Positions 34,808 to 49,033 of a stretch of 64,000 nt of DNA are shown one piece after another. Source of the DNA: Moniliella sp. 'wahieum' (taxonomy: Eukaryota). The notes beneath the pieces were generated by a model. It saw nothing but the letters and a program-made list of their open reading frames with translations. It made no database searches and had not been told where the DNA came from. Within the stretch, counting starts at the first letter, position 1. Each line of letters starts with the position of its first letter. The translations under genes and the position numbers were made by a program. The stretch spans positions 1 through 64,000 of the forward strand of contig RSEE01000141.1 in NCBI GenBank assembly GCA_003971905.1, written 5' to 3'.

Positions 34808-37800
34808 CTACTCGGTACCGAAGAAACAAGCTTGGAGCAACAACTGCCTAGCCAGACCGGGCGGGACAGAAGCCTGCACTGTTTCGGCATGAGCCTGCAA
34901 CTCAACATGGAACGTGCGCAGCAACTGCTTGTACCAGCCCAAACGCCAGTACGCTTCCCAGTCCTTGACTGGTTTCTGCGCCTCCTCCTCCCCTGCTCCG
35001 CCTGCGGGTTGGTTAGAATGACCTTGGGGGTCAGCCTGGGCTCCGGCTGGGGCTCAGACTCAGGCTGAGAATCGGGTGAGGAATTCAGTCCTTTACCCAA
35101 GCCCACGACGGCCGTGACGAGTGCGCGGCGCAACTCCTGCTCGACATTATCCAGTGCCTGCACCCTACGCGGCTCATCGTGCTCGTCGTGTCATCTGGCT
35201 CAACTTGCTCGTCGTGCTCGTTGGTGGCCAAGTGGGAGCGCAAGAGCGAGCGGGAACGTAACTGCGCCACGCGCGCCACGGCTTTTTCCAGTGCCAAGGT
35301 AGCTAGTTGCCCCCAGAGCGGACGTGACCAGGTCCTTGTTGCGTCCGAGCCGAGGTCGAGGTCGAGATGGAATTGGAGTCCAGGTTGGACTCCAAGGTGG
35401 AAGTGTATGTAGAGGTGGATGTAGATGTGGATGTGGAGGTGGAAGGGGCAAAGAGGAAGGTGAGAACATCGTTCGGTTCAACAATTCTATACTGCAAGAG
35501 CTTATCGACGACGATACATGCCCACTCATCGTGTTGGCGCCAGAAGCGGAGTGCAGCAGCGAGGAGGGTGACGCGCATATGGTCCGTCTGGCTAAGGGCG
35601 CGGAGGAGCGGGTGGTACCGTTCGACAATGTTGAGTAGGTGGGAGAAGGAGCGGGAACCAAGGAGGAGGAGACAGGATATGGCCAGTGCAGCCACTTGGT
35701 CCGTCGCATCTTGTTCCGAAGTCAATGTTGTTGTCGAGGTGGTGGTGGTTGCGGTGGTTGTGGCAGTGCCGAGCGGACGCAGTCTCCGTTCGCCCGTCAC
35801 GTCGTCCGTTTCGACCCGGAGAAACTCGACTTCCACTTGCGCCGTGTCCACTTCGTCCCTGGACCGGCAGCGAGGGACGTAGTGAGGCGGGACAGCAAAG
35901 CCTGTACCTCTTCTGGGGGAACTTTAGCCCTTAGAGCCGCCAAGACGCGTGCGGCCGGGGCGACCAACAAGGCCAAGGTAGGATCGCCGCCCTGGTCAGC
36001 TGGGGCATAGTCGAATGATCCAGCTGGTTCGTGGGGCGGGAGAGCGCCAGTAGCCAAAGCTTTTGGGAGGAGCGCCTTGATACGGTCGTAGTAGGCTAAG
36101 TAGACCATTTGCTGTACCAAGTGAGTGACAAGTGCCCTCCTTGGCTCGCCTACTGGCTGCCCATTGCGCCCACCCATTCCCCCCATGCCCAACCGTAGTT
36201 AAAGTTACTCAAGTGGACACTGAACCACGCCGTGGTGCGAAGTACCAGTTCGGGCTCTACTGCGCCCGTGCCAAAGGCCACATACAGTCGACGCAGCGTC
36301 TTTCCAATAGCAGGCGCGACTGTCGAAGGGGCCAGACTGACAACTTCGCGCAACAGCGTGGCATAGTACAGCACGGGGTAAGGTGGTCGGGGCAACACCA
36401 TAGCCATTGACAACAATCCTTCCACCACCAAATCCTCCAGGATCAATGGCGACCTGTGCGGAGCGGAAGCAGAAGCAGAAACGTGTTGCACGCCCCACAC
36501 GGCCTCCTCGTCGTCCGGAGCCAAGTCACTCTGGGGCGGGGCGAGGCCTCGTTCGGGGTCAGTACGACCACCAAAGACGCCGTGGGAGAACCAGTGCGGG
36601 AGATTAGTGAGCACGCGAGCCGCTTCTCTCCTATTCGGTTCGTACAGGTCCACCAGATCATCCACCACGCTGCGCAGGACCACCGACGCGACCGAGTCGG
36701 GCGCAGGGGTGGTACCGCTCATCCAGCGCAGCAGGACCATCTTGGTCCCGTACGGTCCGCGACCTGAGCGCGTCACCTGTTCTGCCCGTGCGGCCGGGTC
36801 AGAGGCGGCGCGCAAGGCGGGTGGGTCGGTGCGTGGGTCGTCCAATGGGTCGAGCAGGACAGGAACTTCCTCCGTCTCGGGGGGGATGAGGGTTTCAGGG
36901 ACCTGGGCGGCAAGGGAGCTAGGGAGACGCTGCAAGCGCGATGCGGTATCGGGTGGGACGAGGGCGGTGAGATGTGGGAGAAAGGACAGGTGGGGGAAAC
37001 GAAGAGTACGCATGGTGTTCAAAGCGTGTACTTTGGATGCGAAGGATTGGGTAGTCAAGTGAGGCACCTCAGCGTCCTGGGTAAAGGGAGCAACGAGGTC
37101 CTGCGACACACGACGTGCTTGGTCGTACGCAAGCAGCGTCAACGAGGTGGTCCAAGTCGGCAGCAGCCCCTGTGGGACGTGGGGGCTGCATCGGATTCGA
37201 CATCAGCATCTACATTGGGACCATCGTCAGGGAGGCCGGCAAGACGGGAGAAAGTGAGGTAAGGTCCGGCGAAAATCAACGTCTCGATGATTACCTCTGC
37301 AGCCCAGTCGCCACGGGCGGCGGTGACTGCCGGTTCGCCGAGCACGGCAGCAAAGGAATCGAGTAGGGAAAGGAGCGAGGAACGGTCCAAGAGGCCGACG
37401 CCGACCATAAGCGCGAAAAAGCGGACCTGGAGACGGACCGAGCGCCAGAAGCGTTGGTCCAAAAATGAGCGGAAGGCGCGCAGCATGCCATCAATAATAG
37501 CCTCCTTTAAAGCCAGAGCAGGATCGTCGGCGGGGAACTCTGATGGGTCGGCCGGCTGCGTCTCTGGCTCGTGCGGACGGCGGGGAGGGGGAGGGGTGTA
37601 GGCCAGAACACAGAGGAGGGCGAGGAGCAAGAGGTGTTTATGCGGCTGTTCCGTCACGGCAACGAGGAAGGCCTTGGTGATGGTTGGGCAGGCGATGTGG
37701 GGTGCAGCGGCAGCGCCGTCAACGAGCTCCGAAGCGACCGCATACATTTCACTCGCTGCATGGAAATCGTCCGGTTCGCCCAGGTTGAGGACGATGCGGC

Positions 37801-37948
37801 GAAAGCGAGAGAGCCAGGCAGCTTCGCGGGCGGCGGGGTCGTCACGCGCCCATCCGCCACGTCCACCGCGACCCCCGGCTCCGCCCCAGCCCCGCCCGCG
37901 GGGGGGGCGCCGGTCGTGCTTGCCGTCGACAGAGACGTCGAAGGACAT
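34808..37948 (-). CDS. STO1: Nuclear cap-binding protein subunit 1 (CBP80/NCBP1, MIF4G-like)
   Basis: VTEQPHK, WRSVRLQVRF, LPRPPYPVLYYATLL, WFSVHLSNFNYGWAW.EW, LAYYDRIK, GSRSFSHLLNIVERY, IVVDKLLQYRIV; several frameshifts. Confidence 0.88.
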
Positions 37949-38738
37949 GGGTAAGTGATGGATGGGGAAAATCTACCCGCGGCAAAAACCTAGGGAGAGC
38001 GGAACAGGCGGAAGGAGGTGGCGGAATGGGCGAGGCGGAAGGAGGAGCGTGGTGTGGGCGGGGGTTCGGTGTGGGATGGGGCTGCTCCACTCCGAGCGTG
38101 GGGTAAGGCGCCTCGCACACCTTTTCTAGGCGTCACTGGCCCGTCACCGCGCGTCACCACCGCCATCGCCGCCTAACCCATAGGGGTAAAGGCATTCAAG
38201 TTACCATTAGGAGAGAGGAGGGTGAACCTCGGTGAGGCCGGTGAGACCGGAGGACTATATAGGAACAAGTACTTTGTTCTGAGTGGCTGCACGTGACGAG
38301 GTCCATCGGTGGAGAAACTAATTACAGGCAATGTTGTGGGGTTCAAGAGTTGCTGAGCTGAGACACAGTGCACTCAGTTCCTCTGTTCCTGGCAATTGCC
38401 AATTGCACTACTACTTGAACTTTGCTAGGTACGAGTGTCTATGGGAAGCGAAGGAAGAACCGGCCGACTCGATCTAAGAAAGCAAAAAAACTAAGCACCC
38501 CCTCATACGGAAGCTTAGCGCTTATGTAGTAGCCGGGGTCCTGATTAATGATTAACGATCGTGTGGGTTAGCCGATTATTTGGAGCGTTAACGTTTAACA
38601 AACAAAAGGAACACATTGGTTCAGTACAGGGCTGATCAAAGTTGAGGAGAGTGTGGAAGCGGAGAATCGCATGGTCGGTTGCCTTCATTCTTGCGCATGA
38701 AGCTTGGCATGATGTGCGATGCATGGACGGATGCTTCT

Positions 38739-40643
38739 TCACAGCGGGTTGGGCGCATCAATGTTGACTGACACGGCCTGACCTGAACATAATTTTCCAG
38801 AGCGTAGCTAGCATTTTCACGACCGATGCCCGAGGCCTTGTATCCGCCAAACGGAACCTGGCCGAAAGGGCGTTGTACGTGTTGACCCAGACCGAACCAG
38901 CCTGGAGCGCATGTGCCGTCTTGAGTGCTTTGGAAATGTCGCGGGAGAACACGCCAGCAGCCAAGCCATACATCGAGTCGTTAGCCTTGGCCAACAGTTC
39001 CTCGTGGTCCTTGAATTTGTGCACGACCACCACGGGGCCAAAGATTTCTTCGCGGCTGATCACCGAGTCTTCCGCGCAATCGGTAAAGATGGTGGGCTCA
39101 ATGAACCAACCAACAGGCTTGCCCTTTCCAATGTAGCGGTCTTGGCTCAACGCATTGCCGCCGTGACCAGCTTGCCCTCCGTCTTGCCCACCTCGATGTA
39201 GTGCATGATCCGCTCGTACTGCGCCTTGCTAATTTGGGGCCCGAGGTAGGTATCCTGTTCGAACGGGTCGCCGACCTTGATGGCATCAAACTTGGCCTTC
39301 AAGCCGGCCAAGAAGGGTTCGTAGATATCCTCGTGCACGTAAATCCGCGTGCCGGCACAGCAAGTTTGGCCATGTTAAAGTTGACGCCCATGGTGCACCA
39401 CGACACGGCCTGTTCCAAATCGGCATCGTCCAAGACGACCGAGGGTGACTTGCCACACCAATTCGAGCGTGACCTTCTTCAAGTTGGTGTTGGCCGCTGC
39501 CTTCATCACCACGCGCCCGACGCGCGTCGAGCCAGTAAAGGAGATCTTGTCAATGTCAGGGTGCTCAGGCGGCGTTACCTGCGCCGTGCCGAGGCCCGTG
39601 ACGAGGTTGACGACGCCCTTGGGGAAGCCCGCTTTGTCAATCAACTCAAACAGTTTCAATGCCGACAAGGGCGTGTTTTCCGCCGACTTGAGCACCACCG
39701 TGTTGCCCGTTGCCAAGGCCGGGCCCAGCTTCCACGCAGTCAACATCAGAGGGTAATTCCAGGGCACAATGGCGGCACAAACGCCAATGGGTTCCAAGCG
39801 CGGTGTACTGGAACAAGTGGGGTTTTCCCCCGAAAGACTTGGCCTGAATGCTTGTCGGCCCATCCGGCAAAGTAGCGAATGGCCCCGAGTAGCTGCGCCA
39901 CATCAAATGCCTTGGCAATCGAGAAGGGCTTGCCATGTCCAACGCTTCGATGGCGGCCAACTCGTCGTAGTTGTCTTCAATCAACGACGCGCCAGCTTGT
40001 TGAGCAACACGGCGCGTTGCGGGCCGGTGGTGTGCAGGCCCCAGGTCGTCTGAATGCCCGACGGGCCGCTTGCACAGCCAGGTCGACATCGTGGGCATCG
40101 CCCTGGGAAAACTCGGCCACCTGTTCGGTGGTAGCAGGGTTGAAGACCTTGAGTGTCTCGCCCGTCATCGAAGGGACCCACTCGCCACTATCACCACCAC
40201 CGCACAATCATCTCCGGTCAGCGTTGTCCTCTGCACACATGCAATCGAATCCAACCCGCCAGGCTGTGGCTAGTACCAGGCGCAAGGCAGCACCCAAGCC
40301 ATCCTGGGCGCCAGGAGCGGGATGGTGATATGGGCTGGGAACGAAGAGAGCCAACGTACTCAATGTACAGACCGCCACTGAAGCTGCTATGGGTGCCGTC
40401 GGGGAACTGGAGGTTGACATGGGGCACGGAGTTGGCCGCCGAGTACGCCCGGGTGGCCATGGCAGGCAGCGGCGGGGGGGGGGTGGGGCGTGCGGATGCA
40501 AGGGACGACAGGCCATGGACACCGCGGGCGGAAAGGCAGGCGGCGGGGCGGGGCAGGCTAGCGCGCACGCCGGCACGGACCACAGCGGCGGCCGGGGCGC
40601 GGAGCGGGGTGTGGAGGGGCTGGCGCAGGAGGGCGGAGCGCAT
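38739..40643 (-). CDS. NAD-dependent aldehyde dehydrogenase with mitochondrial-type presequence (intron near 40357-40190)
   Basis: [80 protein letters not shown]. Confidence 0.93.
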
Positions 40644-43501
40644 CGTGGGTCGGGTCGGGTGGGGGAGGGCAGGGGGAGACGAGGCGAGGGCAGGCGAAGC
40701 GGTGGTTTTATACACGTGCGATGGGCCGAGGATAGATAGGGGGCGGCAGCCGCGAGGAAGACTGGGCTGCTGGCGTGTGGGATGGGGGGCTGGGGTGGGA
40801 GCCGACAGGCTAGGCACTATGGATGCCGGCTGGCGTTCGCGGCTACGGCTGCAACAGGGCCATCAAGCTTCAAGCTTCAAGCTTCAAGCATTAAGCCGGT
40901 TCGAAGGACGGGCCAAAGCTTCGTGGGTGCGCTGGGATGGCTCATGGTTGCCGCGTACACGCGTGCTGAGGGGCCGCAAACACCGCACGGGAGCCGCCCG
41001 GGGCCGCGGCTGAGGGCCCTGAGGATGCAGACAGACGCAGTTCCGAGGAAGGCTGGCTTGGGCGCCTCAGCCGGCGCAGGCCAGCGCAGTCGCATAACCG
41101 GCGGGTACGTTGGCTGCGCTGGCTTAATCCCCGCTGCGCTTCCGTCCGGCGCACGCGCTTATCTGCGCCGCCGCCCGCATCACCCGCCGTGTCTGCACAC
41201 TGCCCCCTGCGCTGCGCTGGGCTCTCTCACGCACTGCGCATCATGCATCGCTCATGCTTGTTCTGCGCTTGGCCCTCTGTCGCCCTCGCGCTGGCAAGAC
41301 ACGACCCCCAACCAATCCCGCCCCCCCACGCGGCTCCCTCCCGCCACGTCATGCGCCGTTGCCAGCCACTCGGCCCCACCCCGCCGCCCGCCTCACTCCC
41401 CTTCGGTTTGCGCCATGCTCCACACGCGACCCTCCCCACCTGGTCCCAAGCCAATCCAGTCTTCGTTTCCGTGCTGCGCGTGCTCGTCGTCGCTGGCGCA
41501 AAGTTTCTATTCGACACGACTCATCCCAATGTCCACCCCGCGCACACCCTCCCCCAGCCCCAAGACAGGCCGCCCTTCGAGACCATCTGTCGTCCACAAT
41601 CATTAATCAGTCCTCAGTTTCTCAGTCCTCCATGTTGTGAACTTACGTACCGCATTTTTCCTATTCCTACTTCGGCCCTTTCGGTGTATATGCAGATCAC
41701 ACCGCACGCACCTGCGGCAGAGCACAATCTCCTATCTCAGATCTCAAGAACAAGGAGATCGTTCAGCTTGGCTTTGCACCAGAAGAGCCATCCATATCAG
41801 ATCGAACTCCATTGCATGAATTGCACACCCGTCAGAATCCCACCACATAAAAAGCCCAAAAAGCCCTTGGGGGCTTTTGGAGCTCCGGGTGCCAACAACA
41901 CAAGCCATAGTATGATCTGCAATCGACATATTCCTCATCAAGCATCTAACACAGCCACCACACCAGCACATACCCACTTCTGTGATCTCATCACACCGAT
42001 CACACCAGGCCTCTGTCCTCAGGTGAGGCCCCGGTCTCGCTGGCCAATCTCGAAACCGCTTTCAAAAGGACCTTCGATTCCACTTGTACGTAAAGCTCTT
42101 CTTCCAGAGGCGGTGTGGGATCTAGGACGAGCGACGAGCCCTCGATATTCGTTCGACGGTCTCTCTTATTCGAAAAGAGGTGTGTGTTAGGCAGTCGGTC
42201 TGCTCCGGTTCACTTTCGGTTTCGGTTACCGATTACCACTTATGCTTCTGATGGTAAGTACGAAGTAATTAAAAGACCAACAGCGCAACAAGCAGTTTAC
42301 GTAGGTGGCTGCACCATGCGCGCCATATTTTGTGCTTGGCAAACGCCACACGCCATACGCCACCCGTCACCCGTCACCCGTCACACTCGTCACACTCACG
42401 CGCCAGACACCGCTGCTATATACACCCGCTCTGGGATCTGGGATACCATCAGTTGTACGTTTTCTTTGGTGCGTTCTGCCTTCTGCACGTTCTGTCGTTC
42501 TGCACGTTCTGCATTCGGCGTTGGGGTTTGGCTTGGGTGTGTTTGACGCTCGGCGTTCGGTGGTCCGTGATTCACGCGGCGCATCTCAGATCTCATATCT
42601 CAACAAGATGATATGGCTTCTCGTACCCTTTTCTTCCGTATAATGTAACTTCCCTCCTGGTTCCAAAAACTCCGAACTCCGCCCGCGGCCCTATTAGGCC
42701 TTAGGCCTTAGGCCGATCCAGAAAATGTGTCGACCGAACCTCTTCTGCTGTTGAACCTGCCATGCAGAGCCTCAGTGTTGGGTCGCTCTCGGTCCCGTTT
42801 CAACGTTCCAGCTTCAAATGCTTCAAGCGTCCAACGCGTTTCACCTGCCGCAGCTTTCAAGCTTCAAGCTTCAAGCTTCATGCCCTGCCACAGCCCTACC
42901 ACAGCCCTGCCAGCCCCTCCCCCCGCCCTTCCCTCCAAACCTCTCTGCCACAGGCACATAGCACAACCTACACGAGCTACTACGTACCGGTGGTGAAAAG
43001 GTCAGATCTTCCCTATTGCGCCTTATGTGTGGGAGGTCAGGCTCTCCCAGTTGGGTTAACGCGTTAACGGTTTAACGCGTAACGCGGGAACGCCGTCAGT
43101 GTACCACTTGGCTGTTATAACACGAGCGCTCGCGCTTGCGGGCCATGAATACCTCGGTTTCTCTCATGAAGCTTGAAGCTTAGTAGGGTTATCTCTTTAT
43201 CGACTCTCGTCCTACCGACCAACTCTGGTTAACACTACCTTGCCCCCCCCTGACCCCCGCCTTAACCCCCTCTTCCGAAACACCTCCGTCTTCTCCTTCA
43301 CCGCGGCACTCTCGACTTTGAAGGTGCTCTTACCTTGTCTTTACGACTCTATGTGGCTCACCCCGATTCTCCACTGCAAGCTCCAGATCCCTCTCAGGTA
43401 GGGTTTGCCTTCCAGAGTGCGTTAAAAGGATCCGTCCCGGTCCGCCTATATACTAGTAGAACGCCAAAAAAAAACGGGGCAAGGGCAGAGCAGTAAGTCA
43501 T

Positions 43502-43600
43502 ACTAATTGTGTCCCTGAGCCCTCCAGTGGGCCCATTCTCAAAAGGTCGGGATGGCCTACGCACGCTGTTCTCCGTTTGTGGAAAAAACCTGAACTGCAG
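43502..43600 (+). pseudogene. Possible second decayed GATA zinc-finger fragment
   Basis: NC......PFSKGRDGLRTLFSVCGK resembles C....TP.WRKGPDG.RTLCNACGL; the match is short and degenerate. Confidence 0.3.
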
Positions 43601-44336
43601 CCTCTGCATGCAGAGAGACGGCCACCCGAACCATAGAGGCCTCTCTCCCTCGCTGCATTTGCTCGCTTCTGTCAGGATCTGCCGCCGGATATAGCGTGCG
43701 CAGTGGGGTAACCTGTTCCCATGACACTCAGATTGCGTTGGATCGTCTTGAAAACAATTGAGACTACACAGTATATGGGAGCGTTATAGATCCTTGGTCT
43801 TCCACGTATTTATACGATGGCACGACAGCGTGTGCGTGCCCCCGTTGCCCATGCCTCCCGTGGGTGGGATGGAATGGATAGTGCTCTGATTGCATTTTGA
43901 AGTTTGTTCTTCGGCCATCTGCAAAGCTACGGCTACAGCACGCCGTGGAGCACGCCAAGGCGAGGGGCCATGGCGATGATGGCGTGGGTGGCAGCATATC
44001 CAAATCCGCGGGTCGGCGTCGTCGTCATCGGCCATTCAATATTCATCAGCCCGCTGCCAGGGGTGGGAGCAGCGCACAGGCCAGGGCCGGGTGACACACT
44101 AGCCCGTGGGGAAGGGGCGGCGTGGATGCAGGCGGGGTGGGTAGCGTTTCAAATGTCCCGGCTGATCGTGTGCCAGAACTATTACGCCCAGACCCTGAGT
44201 GGTGCACCCGTCCACCCCGCTGGGAGCCCACACGACGCCTGCGCCGCCGCTGGGCAGTGGAAATACATGCCATGCTACATGCTGGGCGACACGCCCCCTC
44301 GGCCCAGCCTGCCTGTCTCCTCGCCCCACCACCGCC

Positions 44337-47300
44337 ATGCCCGCCCCCGCCGCGCTCACCATCGACCTCCCCGCCCCTGGCCTCCCACCGCCCCTCCGCC
44401 CGCCAGCTTCGTGCTACCACCCGGGCGGCTACCCCCAGCACCGCACCAAACATGCCCGCCGCCACTCCGAGCCCTCCACTCCCGCCGCCCCTCCCACACT
44501 CCACGCGGCTCCTTCTACACCCAGGACCACCACATGCTCGCCGAGCGCGCCCTCGACGCTGCCCTTCGTCCTCGGCCCGCTCCAGCGTCCAGGGCATGCC
44601 CCCTGCACACCACCCTCGGCTCGGGTGCTCCGGAGTTTGAGCACATTCCCCACCCTCAACGCTGATGAGGTCGCCTCTCTGGCCTCTGTCCCATCGATCC
44701 CTGACAGGGACCCCGCCGCTCGCCAACGCTCAACATCCATCTCTTTGCCACGGCGGCTGGGGCGCCCTATGCGCCGCGCCCCTCGACCTATCTCCCTCCT
44801 GTCTCCGGGGACCTCCAAGGAGAACACTCGTCCTCCAAGATGCACGCAAGGAGCGGCACTGGAAGCGATGGGGGCCTTATGTGAGCGAACGGCAATGGGT
44901 ACGTTGCTCCTTGCTTGTGTACCCAACTCTGTTATGTCCCTACCTCAACTAATCCACTCGCCTTTCGTAGGGGACTGTACGGGAAGATTACTCGGGCAAT
45001 GGCGATGCCTGGTCTCACTTTCCCCACGACATGGCCCGTTCGCGGGCATATCGGTGGGGAGAAGACGGCCTGGCTGGTATTTCGGACAGCCACTGTCGTC
45101 TCGCCTTCTCGTTGGCGCGGAATGGCAATGAGACCCCATTTTGAAGGAACGGTTGTTTGGGATTGCCAACCCTCAAGGCAACCACGGAGAAGATGTGAAA
45201 GAACTGTACTGGTACGCTGACAATACGCCTACCCACTCCTACCAAAAGTACATTTACAAGTACCCCCAAACCGCGTACCCCTACGAGCAACTCATTCGCG
45301 AGTCCACCAACCGAAGTCGGGATGTGAACGAGTTTGAGATCACCGATACGGACATCTTTGATGAGGGTCGGTACTGGGATGTGATCATCGAGTATGCCAA
45401 GGACGAAGATGAGGAAAATGCCACCTCGATTCGCATCTCTGCCTTCAATCGTGCTTCCGAACGGCGGATCTGCACTTGATCCCTCAGCTGCTCTTTCGCA
45501 ATACGTGGAGTTGGGACGAGGCCAAGTCGACCAAGCCTTCACTGCAACTGGTGGACGATTATGTGGTTCAAGCGGACCACAAGGACTTGGGGCGGTACTT
45601 TTTGTACTGCTCCACCTCCCCTTGCCCGAGTCTGCCTGTCCAGCGGGGCAGTACACAGGTCGAGCTGGTTTCCGACAAAGAGATCGTACCCGAAGATGCT
45701 CTTTACTGAGAACGAAACCAACTTTGAGCGCCTTTACGACGGGACCAATACCAATACGTTTGCCAAGGATGGCTTTCACGACCATATAATTTGACCATCG
45801 TCCTGCTGCCGACAAACCTGCACCGACGCGGCACACGCGCAAGTGAAAAAGCAAGTGCCGAAAATAATCTCCAAACCATTCACGGTGCTCAAGCCCAAGT
45901 CGATCGTTGGGTCTGCCCGTGCCGTCGAGGAAGACGGGACCAAGACGATGACACCCTCGACGCCTCAGAGTTCTTCTCCCGCGCGATGCTGGCATGAAGA
46001 GGAGACGGAATACGAGCCAGTGAGGAGAGTATGTGCGCATTGAGGAGATGGTGGAAGTGGAAGAGGAAGAGGAATACTTTATCCAAAACCACGGAGCGCA
46101 TGCGGGACTATGTCAACCCAGCCAACATTGGTACCAAAGCGGGGCGCACACTACGTATTCCGTTCGGTACCTCCTCATGGGGGGTGTGCAGTGGTGCGAC
46201 TCAAGTTGACGCCCAAAACGCCGATGGAAGATATCACGATTGACGATGACGATGCGTTTGATCAAGTGTTAGAGGACGACGTGCCGAAGCGGACGAATTT
46301 TACTCTCGCCTCGAAATGGGTGCAGCCAGCGAGGACATGCGGCTGGTGATGCGACAAGCGTTGGCGGGTATGCTGTGGAACAAGCAATTTTACCAGTTCA
46401 TCCAGACCGAGTGGATAAGGGTGATCCTGCCCAACCAGCGCCCCCGCCTGAGCGCAAGCGCGTTCGGAACCGTGATGGCGTCATCTTCATGCGCATGACA
46501 TCCTTTCCATGCCAGATAAGTGGGAATACCCTTTCTTTGCCGTGTGGGATAGCGCGTTCCACTGCATCCCGCTCGCCAATCGATCCTGCGTTTGCCAAGA
46601 AACAGCTCGACCTCTTTACGCGCGAGTGGTACATGAAGCCGGATGGGGCTTTGCCTGCATACGAGTGGTCCTTTTCCGATGTCAATCCGCCCGTGCATGC
46701 ATGGGCTACGTTTCGTGTGTCAAGATCGAACGAAACGCATGGAAAGGGGATCTGGCCTTTTTGGAGCGCGTGTTCCAAAAGTTATTGCTCAACTTTACTT
46801 GGTGACGTACGTTTCTTTCCATTACCTTTCTTGTCAACGCCCCGAACCCCAGGGCCCCAGGAACTGAATCGCCTTTGTTCTCGCAGCAATCGCAAGGATG
46901 CGTCGGGATCGGGTGTGTTTGAAGGAGGCTTTTTGGCCTCGACAACATTGGTCCCTTTAACCGCTCAGAGCCGTTGCCCAATGGCGGTAAGCTCCGTCAA
47001 GCAGACGGGACAGCATGGATGGCGTTCTATGCACTGACGATGCTCAGCATGGCACTTGAGTTGGCCAAGCACAACCCCACCTATGAGGACATTGCCAGTA
47101 ATTCTTGAGCACTTTATCTACATCTCGGACGCAATGACCTACCAGAATGCGGATGATATGAGGATGTATCGTTGTGGTCCGAGGAGGATACGTTTTACTA
47201 CGACGCCATTTCATGGGGCAACGGGGTTTCGCAGTTAATCCCGCTCCGTTCGCTTGTGGGACTGATGCCGCTGTATGCGACACTAACCATCGAGCCGGTC

Positions 47301-48158
47301 GTGCTGAAAACGTTTTCCCTCGTTTGCCCGGCGGATGCAGTGGTTCCTTGACAATCGCAGCGAGCTGGCCCAGCGCAACATTGCCAACATGTCCACTGCC
47401 GGAGGGTGACCGTCGTCTGCTGGCCATGGTCAACCGTGAGCGGCTGGAGCACATTCTGCGTCGGATGTTGGACGAATCGAATTCCTTTCCGAGTATGGAA
47501 TCCGTTCCTTGTCCAAGTACCACCAAGACCGACCTTTCTCGACCGTGATTGACGGGGGAGGGGTTTGTGCTGGCTATTGGCCTGGGGACTCGCATTCGGG
47601 CATGTTTGGCGGCAACTCCAACTGGCGCGGGCCGATCTGGTTAGCAGTCAACTTTCTCTTGATCGAGAGTCTGCAGCGGTTCTACCAGTACTACGGCGAC
47701 ACGTTTCAAGTTGAGTTTCCTACGGGCTCGGGGGACCTAGCCACGTTAGGCGAGGTGGCGAGCGAGTTACAAGAACGGTTGATTTCCCTCTTTTTGCGGG
47801 ACAGCACCGGTCGGCGTCCAGCGAATGGCGGGGGGTACCCTTTTTGGACTACACATGTGGCGACTTGGTTCTGTTCCATGAATTTTTCCATGGCGATTCG
47901 GGCAAAGGGTTGGGCGCGTCGCACCAGACGGGCTGGACGGGGCTCGTGGCATTTTCCATCTTTGCTGCGGCGCAGGTGGATGGACTGCCACGCACACCCC
48001 GCACCCTCGCTCTACTGCCGCGCATTACTTTGACGATAACTTCGCCGAGATGGAGTCGCAAGGCACGTCGACCCCGGGCACGCGCTCCCGCGCTCACTCT
48101 TTCACGTACAGTCGTGCTCCAGTCCGGACGACCTCTGAGCGGAAAGGTTGACGGATAA
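44337..48158 (+). CDS. YMR196W-like glycoside hydrolase (GH63-related six-hairpin fold), multi-exon; ends approximate
   Basis: [125 protein letters not shown]. Confidence 0.9.
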
Positions 48159-49033
48159 AGGATAATGGATAAGGGGTGGGGAGAAAAGAAGGTGGGGAGG
48201 TGGGACGTTTTGGGACTTGTCGTTTCTTCCGGGTATATTTACCCTCCAAGCTCGTCCCCCGCCTTGTTCCCACATTTGGTCCGTTGGGGCATACACAGTG
48301 TGACATGGGACATGGGATATAGGATATGGGACAGGGAGCACTGCGGCAATGGGACGCTACATCTCAATGTGATGAATTAACCTGCCTCTAGGCCACAACG
48401 AAATGAAACGCATTTGGTCCGCCTCCACTGCCATCTCCACCCCTCCTTTCTCCCTTGTCGCACGTTGACGGTAACGCAGTATACGTGCAGCAGGCTTAGG
48501 TACAAGTAATAAAAGGATTAGGTGCTCATCCTGCGATGCAACGGTACCAGGGTGATGGAACTAGGCTGGCAGGCTGCACAAGAAGAGTGTCCGTACCTAT
48601 TATTCGAATCTACGGACAGTCGTACTGGCCTTGAGAACGAGCGTGCCAGCCACTGAGGTTCTGAGAAACATAGGAAGTGGAGAGATGACTGTTACCGAAT
48701 CGAGAGGGTTCGGGATCGCTGGTGGGTGGGTAGAATGAACGTAACGAAAGGGTCACAACAAGGGTTAGGTATCTACCCTTCGCTCGGCTCTCTCTCCATG
48801 CCACGCCCTTTTGAATCAAGATTGTGCAGCTTCAAGCTTGTCATCTGTCATCAACTGTATCCATCAACTATATCGATCTTCGACATAACGTCTCGATATT
48901 GTACACAGGTCGCATCGATAAGAAAAACGGACGGGAAAACGAAACGAATCAGGGGGCATACTGCGAGCCGAATTAAAGGGTGCGATCATAGGGAGCACAG
49001 GCGATGGAGATGAGGACTAAAAGGATGGTATCT

